In this document: one piece after another, positions 13,156 to 25,162 of the stretch
Layout of the letters: the number at the start of each line of letters is the position of its first letter
How positions within the stretch are numbered: the stretch's first letter is position 1
Source: Prorocentrum cordatum
Taxonomy: Eukaryota
Reading direction: 5' to 3'
NCBI GenBank assembly: GCA_963575745.1
Contig: CAUYUJ010000081.1
Coordinates: 496,001-560,000 of the forward strand
Length of the DNA stretch: 64,000 bases
The notes under the pieces: generated by a model
Told to the model about the DNA's origin: nothing
What the model saw: only the letters and a program-made list of their open reading frames with translations
Database searches by the model: none
Program-made: the position numbers and the translations under genes

Positions 13156-14019
13156 GCCGCGCCAACGACGGGACACCCTGCGCCACCGACGAGACACCGC
13201 CGCGCCACCGACGGGACACCGACGGAACACCACCGCGCCACCGCCCGGACACCCCCGGCCACCGCGCGCAGGGGGGAGGGGGCGGACAACCGGCTCCACA
13301 GCCCCTGGCCTTGGCGGCAGCATTCCTCTCGCGCGCCCACGCTGTCGCCTCGCCCGCACGCACGACACGAACACGAATCCGAAACCGATTTCCGGGGGGG
13401 GGGCTCTCTCCGTTCCACTGCGATCTCACCCCCTCACCTCCGACCCACGTGTCGCTAATCCATTGTTGCCTTCCTCGACAGTGTCGAGCTGAGCTGAAAG
13501 GAACGGAGTTCGGCGAGAAGGCCGAGTCTTCCCCCGACTGGCTCGTCCCATCAGGCACACCCGCACACAGGGCGCCGCCGCGTCTGCTTCCTGCGCGCCC
13601 CTCCACCTTCCAAGAGAGAGGGTGGCAAGCGAGGGGTGGAGGCAAGCTGGATGCGCTCCAGTCACATCTGATATCCTGTCCTCCCTCCCATCCCTTCCCA
13701 TTGCGCTGACTCTTCTGTAACCTCGACGCGTGTCATAGCCGACCTGGAGCCCACAAAAACAGACCCCTATCGTGCTCTGCGCAATCGAAAAGGTGGAGCT
13801 GCGTGCATAGTAGGAGGGGGAGGAGGAGGTGGCGGGTAAGCAGGAGGATGAGCAGGAGGAAAAGGAGGAGGAAAAGGAGGATAATGTGGAGGAAGTGGGA
13901 CGAGGACGACCAGGAGCATCAGGAACTGGAGTGGAAGGAGGAGCAGGAGAACCAGGAGAAGACATAGGAGGTGAACTGCGGTGGGGGCGGCAGCGATGAA
14001 AAAGGACTCGTTTCCAGAA

Positions 14020-16295
14020 CATGATCGACCCGCGAACCCAGGGAAATAATATAGAAGTGTGAGCCATGGCAACGTTTTCAGGACACCTGATTGGGCGACG
14101 GGCACATAGAATGCTGAATGCATCGATCTTAATGTACGAGAGAGCGTGATCCACCGCCGCTCTACTGTGGAAAATTGCCAGCCTTTTCCTCCGGAACCCG
14201 GGGGTCGCCACCCCCCCCCCTCCGAAAATCCCCCCCCCCTGCTGCAAACCCCCTCCCCCCCCCCCTCCCCGGCAAAACCCCCCCGTCCCCTAACCCCCCC
14301 CCCCCCCTCTCGAAAACCGGGGGGGGTCACTACCGGTTCGAACCCCTCCCCCCCCCCCTCGAAAACCGGGGGGGGTCACTACCGGTTCGAACCCCCCCCC
14401 CCTTCGAAAACCGGAGGGAGGGTCACTACCGGTTCGAACCCTCCCCACCTCCCCACTCACCGCCAGCAAACGACTCCCGGTCCCTACCACCGTCCGCATC
14501 ACATCCCCCACTGTTGTTCCCAGCACCACTGTCCTCACCACCACTGTCCCCACTGGTTCCACCACCGTCCCTACTGTCCCCACCAGTGCCCCCACCACTG
14601 TCGCACTGTCCCCACTGTTCCCACCACTGTTCCCACCACGGTTCCACTCTCCCCACTGTCTCCACGGACCCAACCACTGCCCGACTATCCCCACTGTCCC
14701 CACTGTCCCACTGACTCCTCCGCTGTCCCACTGAGCTGTCCCACTGTTCCCACCACTGTCCCCACTGTCCCCACCACTGTCCCCACTGTACCTCTGTCCC
14801 ATTGTCCCACCGCCGTCCTCGCCACCGCCTTCACCACTGTCCCCACCACCATTGTACCCTCCACTGTCCCACTGTTTCCACCTCATTCCCACTGTCCCCA
14901 CACCACTGTCCCCACCACCACCGTCCCCACCACTGTCCACTGTCCCCCCCGTTCCCACCATTGTCCCCACCACTGTCCCCACCACTACCGTCCCCACCAC
15001 TGTCCCACTGTCTCACTGTCCCCACCACTGTCCCGCTGTCCCCTCGCCACTGTCCCCACCAACACCGTCCCCACCACTGTCCGCACCCCCACTCGTTTTT
15101 TCGAGGGGGGGGAGGGGGGCGTTCGAACCGGTAGTGACGCCCCTCGGTTTTCGAGGGGGGGGGGGGTTCGAACCGGTAGTGACCCCCCCCCCTTTTCATG
15201 ATGAACTGGGGGGGGGGGTAGGGGTTCGAACCGGTAGTGACCCCCCCCGGTTTTCCAAAGGGGGGGGGGGGAGGGGTTCGAACCGGTAGTGACCCCCCCC
15301 CGGTTTTCCGCCAGCAGCGGTAGAACACGCTCTTTCTAATGTACCGTGCCGAGGGCTGTGCTGTGCTGCGCCGTGCTGAACTGCGATGTGCCATGCCGCA
15401 ATTGTGCTCTGTAGTGTTGAGGATCGAGTCCTCCTTTGCATCCGAGTCCTGACCGAACTGATCTGGATCTTAAGCTCGAGCTGCCTCAGCACATAGCAGC
15501 TGCCCCAGAGCTAATTGACAGGGGGACATGCCAGGAGGACGCGCCGCGGAACGTCCCAAGGGACGCGCCAGGCGACGTGCCAGGGGACGTGCCATGGGGA
15601 CGCACCGCGGGACGTGCCAAGGGGACGCGCTACGGAACGTGCCAGTGGACGTACCACGGGACGTGCCAGTGGACGCGCCGCGCGACATGCCAGGGGGACT
15701 CGCCACGGGACACGCGCCAAGCGACGTGCGAGGGGACGTGCCATGGAGACGCACCGTGAGACGTGACAAGGGGACGCGCTACGGAACGTGCCAATGAACG
15801 TGCCACGAGACGTGCCAAGGGACGCGCCGCGCGAGGTGCCAGGGTAACTCGCCACGGGACGCGCCACAGAACGTGCCAGGGAACGTGCGAGACATCCACC
15901 TGGGCGACCTGGGGACGCGTGAAGACAAGCGTCTCGCTCGAGACATCCTCAACCAATCCTCATGCTAGACATCTGCCTGGGCAACCTGGACGCGTGAAAC
16001 AAAGCGCCTCGCTCGAGACATCCTCAAGGTCTGGGACGTGAAAACAAGCATTTCACTGGAGAGATCCTGTGAATACTGGTCCCCAGGAGAGAACAAGACA
16101 TAACACAAAACAAGCGTTTCGCTTGAGACGTCCTCAACAGGTTCTGCAAAACAAGCGTTTCGCTCGGGACATCCTCAAAAATGATTCCGCCGGCCCTCTT
16201 CGACCATTTAACACAGAATGCTTCCGCGGCCCTCTTCCCGTCGATTCCCGGGGTAAACCTCTAAAAGAGAATCCTGGGCCGGAGCCCTTTCCAGG
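14020..16295. mobile_element. Family E element copy (interrupted by a foldback element)
   Basis: Conserved start CATGATCGACCC.CGAACCC, GGACGTGCCA-rich unit, conserved end AAAAGAGAA.CCTGGGCCGGAGCCCTTTCC.GG. Confidence 0.8.
14138..15336. mobile_element. Foldback-type TIR DNA transposon, non-autonomous, 8-bp TSD
   Basis: TAATGTAC duplicated at 14130-14137 and 15337-15344. 24-bp imperfect TIRs (GAGAGAGCGTGATCCACCGCCGCT / AGCAGCGGTAGAACACGCTCTTTC). Inverted subterminal arrays of TCACTACCGGTTCGAACCC flank a CCCCACTGT-repeat core. Confidence 0.85.
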
Positions 16296-17382
16296 AAAAG
16301 TGGCCCGCGCAGGGGCGAGAGCGTCGTTCTGCACGACGGGAGCAGAGAACCGATCCGAAAATGAGACCAGAGCTGCAGCGGGAAAACCATGTTGAAACAC
16401 CGGAGCCAATCGGACCTAAAGAAAGTCGAAAGAAATCCGCCACCGTGCCTCGAGGCACGAAGTGGAGATTTCTCCAAGTCATCCTGTGTTCTCTGTCCTG
16501 AACCCTGGATTCTAATATGATCGACCCGCGAACCTGGAAAGGAATATAAAAAGAAAAGGCATGGCAACGTTTTCAAGACACCTGATTGGGCGACGGGCAA
16601 ACGCAATGCTGAGTGTATCAATCTTGATGTACCGTGCCGAGGGCTGTGCTGTGCTGCGCCGTGCTGAATTGCGATGTGCCATGCCGCGATTGTGCTCTAT
16701 GGCGTTGTGGATCGAGTCCTCTCTTGCATCCGAGTCCTGACCGAACTGATCTGGATCTTAAGCTCGAGCTGCCTCAGCACATAGTAGCTGCCCCAGGGCT
16801 AAATGACAGGGGGACATGCCAGGAGGACGCACCGCGGAACGTCCCAAGGGACGCGCCAGGCGACGTGCCAGGGGACGTGCCATGGGGACGCACCGCGGGA
16901 CGTGCCAAGGGGACGCGCCACGGAACGTGCCAATGGACGTGCCACGGGACGTGCCAGGGGACGCACCGCGCGACGTGCCAGGGGAACTCGCCACGGGACG
17001 CGTCACGGACCGTGCCAGGGAACGCGCCAAGTTGCAATGCTGAATAGATGGATCTTGATGTACCGTGCTGAACTCCGATGTGCCATGTCGCGATTGTGCT
17101 CTATAGTGTTGTGGATCGAGAACTCCTTTGCATCCGAGTCCTGACCGAACTGATCTGGATCTTAAGCTCGAGCTGCCTCAGCACCTAGTAGCTGCCCCAG
17201 AGCTAATTGACAGGGGAACATGCCCGGAGGACGCGCCGCGGAACGTCCCAAGGGACGCGCCAGGCGACGTGCCAGGGGACGTGCCACGGGGACGCACCGC
17301 GGGACGTGCCAAGGGGACGCGCCACGGAACGTGCCAATGGACGTGCCACGGGACGTGCCAGGGGACCCATGTGTGTTCAGGC

Positions 17383-17840
17383 TTGTCCCGCCCTGGGGCG
17401 TTAGGAACCATGCGTTTTCACGCATCTCCCGCCCCGAACACAGGTCCCAATACAGACAAATGTATCATGGGGCCTCCTGGGGCCTCCTGGGGGCGGGGTG
17501 GCGAAAAGCGCCCCCCGAACCCAGATCCCATTGCGAACAATGCCTCCTGGGGCCTCGTGGAGCTTCCCGGGGCTTTCTGGGGGCGTTCGGAACCTACGTG
17601 TTGTTGCGTTTTTCCTGCCCTGGTGCGTTAAGAACCCCATGTGTTTTCATGTTTGTCCCGCCCTGGGGCGTCAGGAACCCGTGTTTTCTCGTTTCTCCCG
17701 CCCTGGTGCGTTATGAACCGTGTGTTATCAGGTTTGTCCTGCCTTGGGGCGTTAGGAACCGTTTGTTTTGCTCGTTTCTCCCGCCCTGGTGCGTTAGGCT
17801 TGTCCCGCCCTGGGGCGTTAGGAACCATGTGTTTTCACGT
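17383..17840. repeat. ~43-bp repeat (TTGTCCCGCCCTGGGGCGTTAGGAACCATGTGTTTTCACG); also ~29795-29975 and ~31085-31290
   Basis: Read directly from the sequence. Confidence 0.85.
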
Positions 17841-18690
17841 TTCTCGGGCCTCCTCCTGGGAGGCGGGGGGGGCACGAAAAGCGTTCCCAAAATATATTTC
17901 CCAATGCAGAACATACGTAAAACAATGATGTCACCTGAGACATGTATGCTGGTCCCCAGGACAGAAACAATGTATAACACAAGACGTTTCGCTCGAGACA
18001 TCCTCCACACATTCTGGAACAAATGTTTCGTTCGGGACATCCTCAAAATAAAACTATCCTGGCGAAGGACCCAACCATGCGCAGTTGTGAATACCGCAAG
18101 TATGAACATCATTTTTGCCCGCGCCCCCTATGGGGCGACGAAGCGTGCGAGGGGCGCGCCGAGATGCGCGGCGGGGCACGCCACGCGAGCGAAGAAGATA
18201 GGCCTGCGCGCGATAGACTAAGCGCGAGTGAGTCTGATTGTAAATGAGTCTGCGCGCGAATCAGTCCACGCGCATAAGCGTCGACGCCCATGTCGGCGCG
18301 TTCCTCCCGAGGATCGCGCCCGCTTCCTGCCCGTCCTTTTTCTTCACTCCCTACTAGCCCGCGCGTGCCCACGTTCGAGGCTGCGGGCGCGGCGCCACGC
18401 GGTGCCCCCGCGACGCACGCCGGTCGCCCCGAAGGTCCTGGCGACGCGCGCGGGTCGTCCGCCGCGCGGAGCAGGGAGAGCTGGCTGGCTGATAGCGGGC
18501 AAGGCTGCGGCCGCCAGGCAGAATAACGACGGGGGCGAGCGAGGCTTTGGGCAGAGCGCAGCGCGGATTTCCCGCGACGCGCGCCGGTCGCCCCGAGAGG
18601 GACCCAGCGACGCGCGCGGGATGCCCGCGGCGCGAAGCCAAACAGTCAGACCGTCGAGAGACGGCGAGGCTCGGGCGGGTCGCTTTCAAG

Positions 18691-18975
18691 TCAAGCCTCG
18701 CGGATAAACTCGGTGAAGCCCAGCTCCCTGGCGAGGGCCGTCGCCTCCCTCCTGCGCCGCTTCGCGCGCGTAGCAAACTGCTCCAGCTGTTTCCGCAATC
18801 CCTCCGGCGGCCCTGCCGGGAAGAACTCGATGCGCGGCGCCCGCGTAAGCAGGAGGTCCTCGTGGCGCGTGGCGCGCGAGAGCAGCGCGTAGAGCTCCAG
18901 CCGCCAGTCGTCATCCTCCTTCTTGCCGTTCCCCACCTCGTGGCGGCCGCAGTCCAGGATCACGCCTGGGCGACG
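18691..18975 (-). pseudogene. C-terminal fragment of a PIF1-like (SF1B) DNA helicase
   Basis: PGVILDCGR...DDDWRLELYALLSRATRHEDLLL. YALLSRAT (18868-18891) matches PIF1/Helitron helicase motif VI (YVALSR[AV][TR]). The frame runs to a stop at 18691; the upstream part is replaced by satellite. Confidence 0.65.
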
Positions 18976-19009
18976 TCCCAGGGCGAGAGTCCACGAGACG
19001 GAGGGAAGG

Positions 19010-21620
19010 TTTCCAAAACGTGTGAGGGGCCACGAAACGAGCGAGGGGCGTGCCAGAATAGGGCGGCGCCGCCATGCGGGCAGCGCCGCTGGGGCCTTAG
19101 ATGGAGCTCCCTGCGGGGCCACAAGTGTGAGGGGTGTGCCAAAATGGGGCGGCGCCGCCACGCGGGCTGCGCCACTGGGACCCTAGATGGGGCTCCCTAT
19201 GGGGCCACAAAGCGTGTGACGGGTGTGCCAAAATGAGGCGGCGCCGCCATACGGGCTGCGCCACTGGGACCTTAGGTGGAGCTCCCTATGGGGCCACGAA
19301 GCGCGTGAGGGGTGTGCCAAAATGGAGCGGCGCCGCCATGCGGGCTGCGCCACTGGGACCTAAGATGGAGTTCCCTATGGGGCCACGAAACGTGTGAGGG
19401 GTGTACCACAATGGGGCGGCGCCGCCATGCGGGCTGCGCCACTGGGACTTCAGGTGGAGCTCCCTGTGGAGCCACGAAGCGTGTGAAGAGTTTGCCAAAA
19501 TAAAGCGGCGCCGCCATGCGGGCTGCGCCACTGCAACCTTAAATGGAGCTCCCTATGGGGCCACAAGACGTGTGAGGGGTGTGCCAAAATGGGGCGGCGC
19601 CGCCATGCGGGCTGCGCCACTGGGACCTTAGGTGGAGCTCCCTATAGGGCCACGAAACGTGTGAGGGGTGTGCCAAAATGGGGCGGCGCCGCCATGCGGG
19701 CTGCGCCACTGGGACTTCAGGAGGAGTTCCCTATGGGGCCACGAAACGTGTAAGGGGTGTGCCAAAATGGGGCGGCGCCGCCACGCGGGCTGCGCCACTG
19801 AGATCTTAGATGGAGCCCCCCTATGGGGCCACAACAAGTGTGAGGAGTGTGCCAAAATGGGGCGGCGCCGCCACGCGGGCTGCGCCACTAGGACCCTAGA
19901 TGGGGCTCCCTATAGGGCCACGAAACGCGTGAGGGGTGTGCCAAAATGAGGCGGCGCCGCCATGCGAGCTGCGCCGAGCTCCCTATGGGGCCACGAAACG
20001 TTTGAGGGGTGTGCCACAATGGGGCGGCGCCGCCATGCGGGCTGCGCCACTGGGACCTTCGGTGGAGCTCCCTGTGGGGCCACGAATCGTGTGAGGGGTG
20101 TGCCAAAATGGGGCCGCGCCGCCATGCGGGCTGCGCATGTGGGACCTTAGATGGAGCCCCCTTTATGGGGCCACAACAAGTGTGAGGAGTGTGCCAAAAT
20201 GGGGCGGCGCCGCCACGCGGGCTGCGCCACTGGGACCCTAGATGGGGCTCCCTATAGGGCCACGAAACGCGTGAGGGGTGTGCCAAAATGAGGCGGCGCC
20301 GCCATGCGAGCTGCGCCGAGCTCCCTATGGGGCCACGAAACGTTTGAGGGGTGTGCCACAATGGGGCGGCGCCGCCATGCGGGCTGCGCCACTGGGACCT
20401 TAGGTGGAGCTCCCTGTGGGGCCACGAATCGTGTGAGGGGTGTGCCAAAATGGGGCGGCGCCGCCATGCGGGCTGCGACACTGAGATCTTAGATGGAGCC
20501 CCCTTTATGGGGCCACAACAAGTGTGAGGAGTGTGCCAAAATGGGGCGGCGCCGCCACGCGGGCTGCGCCACTGGGACCCTAGATGGCTCCCTATGGGGC
20601 CACGAAACGCGTGAGGGGTGTGCCCGGGCCGCCATGCGCCTGCCGAGCTCCCTATGGGGCCACGCGTGTGAGGGGTGTGCCAAATGAATGCGGGCCGCCA
20701 CTGGGACCTTAGGTGGAGCTCCCTGTGGGGCCACGAAACGTGTGCCAAATGTGAAAAATGGGGCGCGCCGCCATGCGGGCTGCGCATGTGGGACCTTAGA
20801 TGGAGCCCCCTTTATGGGGCCACAACAAGTGTGAGGAGTGTGCCAAAATGGGGCGGCGCCGCCACGCGGGCTGCGCCACTGGGACCCTAGATGGGGCTCC
20901 CTATAGGGCCACGAAACGCGTGAGGGGTGTGCCAAAATGAGGCGGCGCCGCCATGCGAGCTGCGCCGAGCTCCCTATGGGGCCACGAAACGTTTGAGGGG
21001 TGTGCCACAATGGGGCGGCGCCGCCATGCGGGCTGCGCCACTGGGACCTTAGGTGGAGCTCCCTGTGGGGCCACGAATCGTGTGAGGGGTGTGCCAAAAT
21101 GGGGCGGCGCCGCCATGCGGGCTGCGACACTGAGATCTTAGATGGAGCCCCCTTTATGGGGCCACAACAAGTGTGAGGAGTGTGCCAAAATGGGGCGGCG
21201 CCGCCACGCGGGCTGCGCCACTGGGACCCTAGATGGGGCTCCCTATAGGGCCACGAAACGCGTGAGGGGTGTGCCAAAATGAGGCGGCGCCGCCATGCGA
21301 GCTGCGCCGAGCTCCCTATGGGGCCACGAAACGTTTGAGGGGTGTGCCACAATGGGGCGGCGCCGCCATGCGGGCTGCGCCACTGGGACCTTAGGTGGAG
21401 CTCCCTGTGGGGCCACGAATCGTGTGAGGGGTGTGCCAAAATGGGGCGGCGCCGCCATGCGGGCTGCGCCTGTGGGACCTTAGATGGAGCTCCTTATGGG
21501 GCCACGAAACGTGTGAGGGGTGTGCCAGAATGGGGCGGCGCCGCCATGCGGGCTGCGCCACTGGGACCTTAGGTGGAGCTCCCTGTGGGGCCACGAAACG
21601 TGTGAGTGGTGTGCCGAAAC
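19010..21620. repeat. ~89-bp satellite (GGAGCTCCCTATGGGGCCACGAAACGTGTGAGGGGTGTGCCAAAATGGGGCGGCGCCGCCATGCGGGCTGCGCCACTGGGACCTTAG) with a 342-bp higher-order repeat
   Basis: Tandem units; near-identical ORFs recur at 19910/20252 and 20901/21243 (342-bp offset). Confidence 0.95.
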
Positions 21621-22548
21621 AGACACATGCGGAGAGCAAAGGCAAGGATGGGGAGGAGGGAGCAGGAGGAGAAGGAGGAGGAGGAGGAGGAGGAGGAGGA
21701 AGGCGGGAAGGAAGGAAGGAAGGAAGGAAGGAGACGCGGGCGCTGTCTCTTCAAAACGAGGACCCAACAACACAGGATGGTTGGGAACAATAGAAAACAC
21801 AAAACAATCGTTTCGTTCGACATATTCTCAACACATTCTGAAAAACAACCATTTCGCCAGGGACATCCTCAAAAATGATTCCGCCGGCCCTCTTCGACTT
21901 CGTTATTTACAACGAAAAATTCAGCCGGCCCTCTTCCCGTCATCCCCGGGGGGGAACCTACCAAAAGAGAACCCTGGGCCTGAGCCCTTTCCAAGAAAAT
22001 GGGGCCCCGACCATGCATTCCTGTTCGGGCTCCAATTGGCAGAGCGGCGCTCTGCTAACTTGCCTAAAAGCATGCGCACTCGCTGCTCCTCCCCTCATTT
22101 GCATAGCGCTACTCTGCTAATTGGCCTGAAAGCAGGGTTCCCCATCCTGCTCGGGATTTGGAGAGCGCCGTTGTGCGAATTGGCTTCAGAGCATGTGCGC
22201 GTTCACTGCTCCTCCTCTCATTAGCAGAGCGCCGCTCTGCAATTTTGACTGAGATCATGCGCACTCGCTGCTCATGATTTCTTCGCCCGAGAGGTTCTCT
22301 GCTAATTGCCCTCGCCCTCCTGCCTCGATATAACACGAAAGGCTCAGAGAAGAACACCACGTAACACTCCACGACCACAAGACAGTCCACAAATGACCAC
22401 CACGAGACACCTCAGGAGTAGCCCCGCAAAACACCAAAGATACCTCCAAGAAACTTCCGACAGGCATCCCAAGAAACCCTCATATGTATCTAACAGGCCT
22501 CTGACCAACAAGTCTGGCACGGTGGCGGAAGGGGCCGTAGGCCACTAG

Positions 22549-24095
22549 ATCCGCCGCCCCCTGTCGATTCATCGCAGGGGTGCCTGGCGTGCTACATTAT
22601 TACGGTTTTGGTGCTGGTTCTTTTTCCAAAAGAACTCCCCTGGGGCTTCGGCCCGTCCCGCCGGCCACCTGAAAATTCCCCAATCATTGAAAACATCCGC
22701 CAAGACGGCTCAAGATGGCCTCCAAGATGGCCACGTTGACCCATGATGGCCTCCAAGATGGTCCAAGATGGCCTCCAAGACGGCCCAGGAGAGGAGGAGA
22801 TGCCTTCAAGTCCGTCCAACAAACCTCCAGCACGGCCCAAGACGGCCCAAGAGGTGCCCAAGAGGCCTCCAAGACGGCCCAAGAGGCCTCCGAGAGGTCC
22901 TCCAGGAGGGCCCGAAGGGGCTAAAATCATAGATATTCCAAATGGTGTTTAACAGTTTTTCGTAGTTGCTCCTTTTCGGCTTTCCGACACGGCCCACGTG
23001 GCCCCCACGATCGCCCCCACAGCGCCCAAGAGGCCTCCAAGATGGCCTCAGGACTGTCCAAGAGGCCCCCAAGGCGACCCAAGAGGCCTCCAAGGCGCCC
23101 AAGATGGCCCCGCAGACGGCCCTGGAGCACCCGAAGAGGACCCCAAGTCGGCCCAGAGAGGGCCCCCAAACGGCTTCCGACGGCGTCAGACGGGCCAGGA
23201 GTTCACCAAGATGGCCGAAGTTGGCTCGAAGCTGACCCAAGACGGCCCAAGAGGCCTCCAAGAGGGCCTCCAGGAAAGCCAGAAAAAGCCAAAAACACCG
23301 GTTGTCCTTAGGTGTTTGAAGGATTGTTGCATTTGCCGTCTGTTCGGCCTTCCGACGGCCCGAGACGGCCCAAGAACCCCCAAAGATAACTCGAAGATCA
23401 CCCGAATGGCCTCCAAGATGGCCCCAGAACGGCCCAAGAGACCCCCAAGACGGCCCCAAGAGGCCCCCAAGACGGCCCAGGAGGCTTTTGAGACGCCCAA
23501 GATGGCCTCCAAGGCGGCCCTGGAGCACCCCAAGAAGGCCTCACGTCGGCCCAGAGAGGCCCCCCAAACGGCTTCCGACGGCGTCGGACGGGCCAGGAGC
23601 CCAGCAAACGGACGAAGATGGCCCTAACATGGCCCAAGACGGCCCAAGAGGCCTCCAAGAGGGCCTCCCGGAAGGCCCGAAAAAGCCAAAATCATTGATG
23701 TCCCGTGAGTTGTTGAAGGATTATAGCAGTTGCTTGTTTTCGGCCTTCCGACGGCCCGAGACTGCCCAAGTGCCCCCAAAGATCGCCCAAGAGGCCCAAG
23801 ACGGCCCCAAGAGGCCCCCAAGACGGCCCAAAAGGCCTCCAAGACGCTCAGGATGGGCTCCAAGACGGCAAAAGAGCCCTCCAAGACGTCCTCCAAGAAG
23901 GCCCGAAAGGGTCAAAAAAGCCTCCAGACGGCCAAGATGACCTTCAGGATGCCCACGTGTTCCCCGAAGGCTTTCCAAACTGATTCGGGGAACACATGGT
24001 CCGATAGCTTTTCCAAGCTCTAGCCCAGTTGTCAGACACATAGGCGCGTCCACAAGGGCAGGGGGCGGCGGTGATTCGCCGTAGGCGTCTTAGAT
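22549..24095 (+). mobile_element. Non-autonomous element family B (CCAAGA-rich interior, asymmetric IR, 3' hairpin)
   Basis: AT-CCGCCGCCCCCTG (IR 22551-22563); exact reverse complement at 24059-24071; hairpin CGCC-GTA-GGCG (24077-24087); ends TAGAT. Confidence 0.75.
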
Positions 24096-25162
24096 CTATC
24101 ACCTTGCCATCTTCCGGACGGTGTCAGGGGAGAGAGGAGAGCAGCAGTCACACTGCATAGTTGTAAAGAAAAGAGGCGGCCGACGTCAAAGTTAGGGGCT
24201 GGAGTTCTTACTCCTCATGCCATAGATCATGAGACACATGTGGGCAATAACAACGGATGATGACCAAGTGATAGCTGGAGACTCCCGGCGCGTCCTCAAG
24301 GCCGATCTCGTTGGCGTCACATCTCTGCAGCCCCGCACAGAACGAGCAGACGGATGCGAGGAAGGCCTCCCCCGCTACTGGTACATGTGTCGCAGCTGCT
24401 GCTGTTATGTTGCGCATCCTCTGCCATTCCTTCTCGATCTCATCCTCCTCATCATCGCCGATCGAACGGCGCCAGGGGGGGGGCTCTTGTTATCAACAAG
24501 TTATGACCGTGGAAACGGCAATGAGAAGTCAAGGAGGCAAAAGTGCACTGTGTCGACGAGATGCACGCCAGACCCGATCGGTCGAAATCCGACGCTTGCG
24601 CTGAGGAGATAACAGCAGAAAGAGAGAGAGAGAGAGAGAGAGTGTGGGTGCGTGTGAGGGTGCGAAGAGAACACACAAGCACAAACATACACAATCAAAC
24701 AAAAAAAGCAAACCAACATAAGAAAACATCAGGTTGAGGGGGCCGAACGGTCATTCACTGTCCCTGGGTCCGTGGCTGAAGTGGGATTCCGTGGTGCGGA
24801 TGTTTGTCGTTATTGTGGTTGTTGTCGTTGTTGCTGCCGCTGCTGTTGTCATTAGTAATGCTGTTGCGTTGTCTGTTGTTTGTTGGTTGTTGTGTTTTTG
24901 TCGTCGCCCCACCCGCGACATGGCCCACCTGCGACCTAACCGCGACCCACCCCGCGACCATCCCACTTGCTTTGACGAACAAAGCGGAGCCTGCGTCGGG
25001 CTAGTTGCGGCATAATTGTTTAAAACATCTGCGGTGGCGGGCTTCTTCAGAGCATCGCAAATTGCCGAACACCCCGCCGCCTCCTCACTCTTATCCGAAA
25101 CTGCGGGATGAGCAATGAGAGAAAATAATCAAACGTAAAGAAAACATTCAACAGAACAACAG

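Larger units (their letters stand above)
18056..21785 (-). mobile_element. Family F element (Helentron/Helitron2-like) with ~89-bp satellite and helicase remnant
   Basis: Hairpin TCCT-GGCGA-AGGA (18057-18069), subterminal CCCAACCAT (18070-18078), terminal reverse complement ATGGTTGGG (21777-21785). The same ends occur in three other copies (both ends in two, one end in the third). Confidence 0.75.
16516..21996. mobile_element. Family E element copy containing a nested family F element
   Basis: E start at ~16516; E-type sequence resumes after 21790 and runs to the conserved end at ~21996. Confidence 0.7.
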
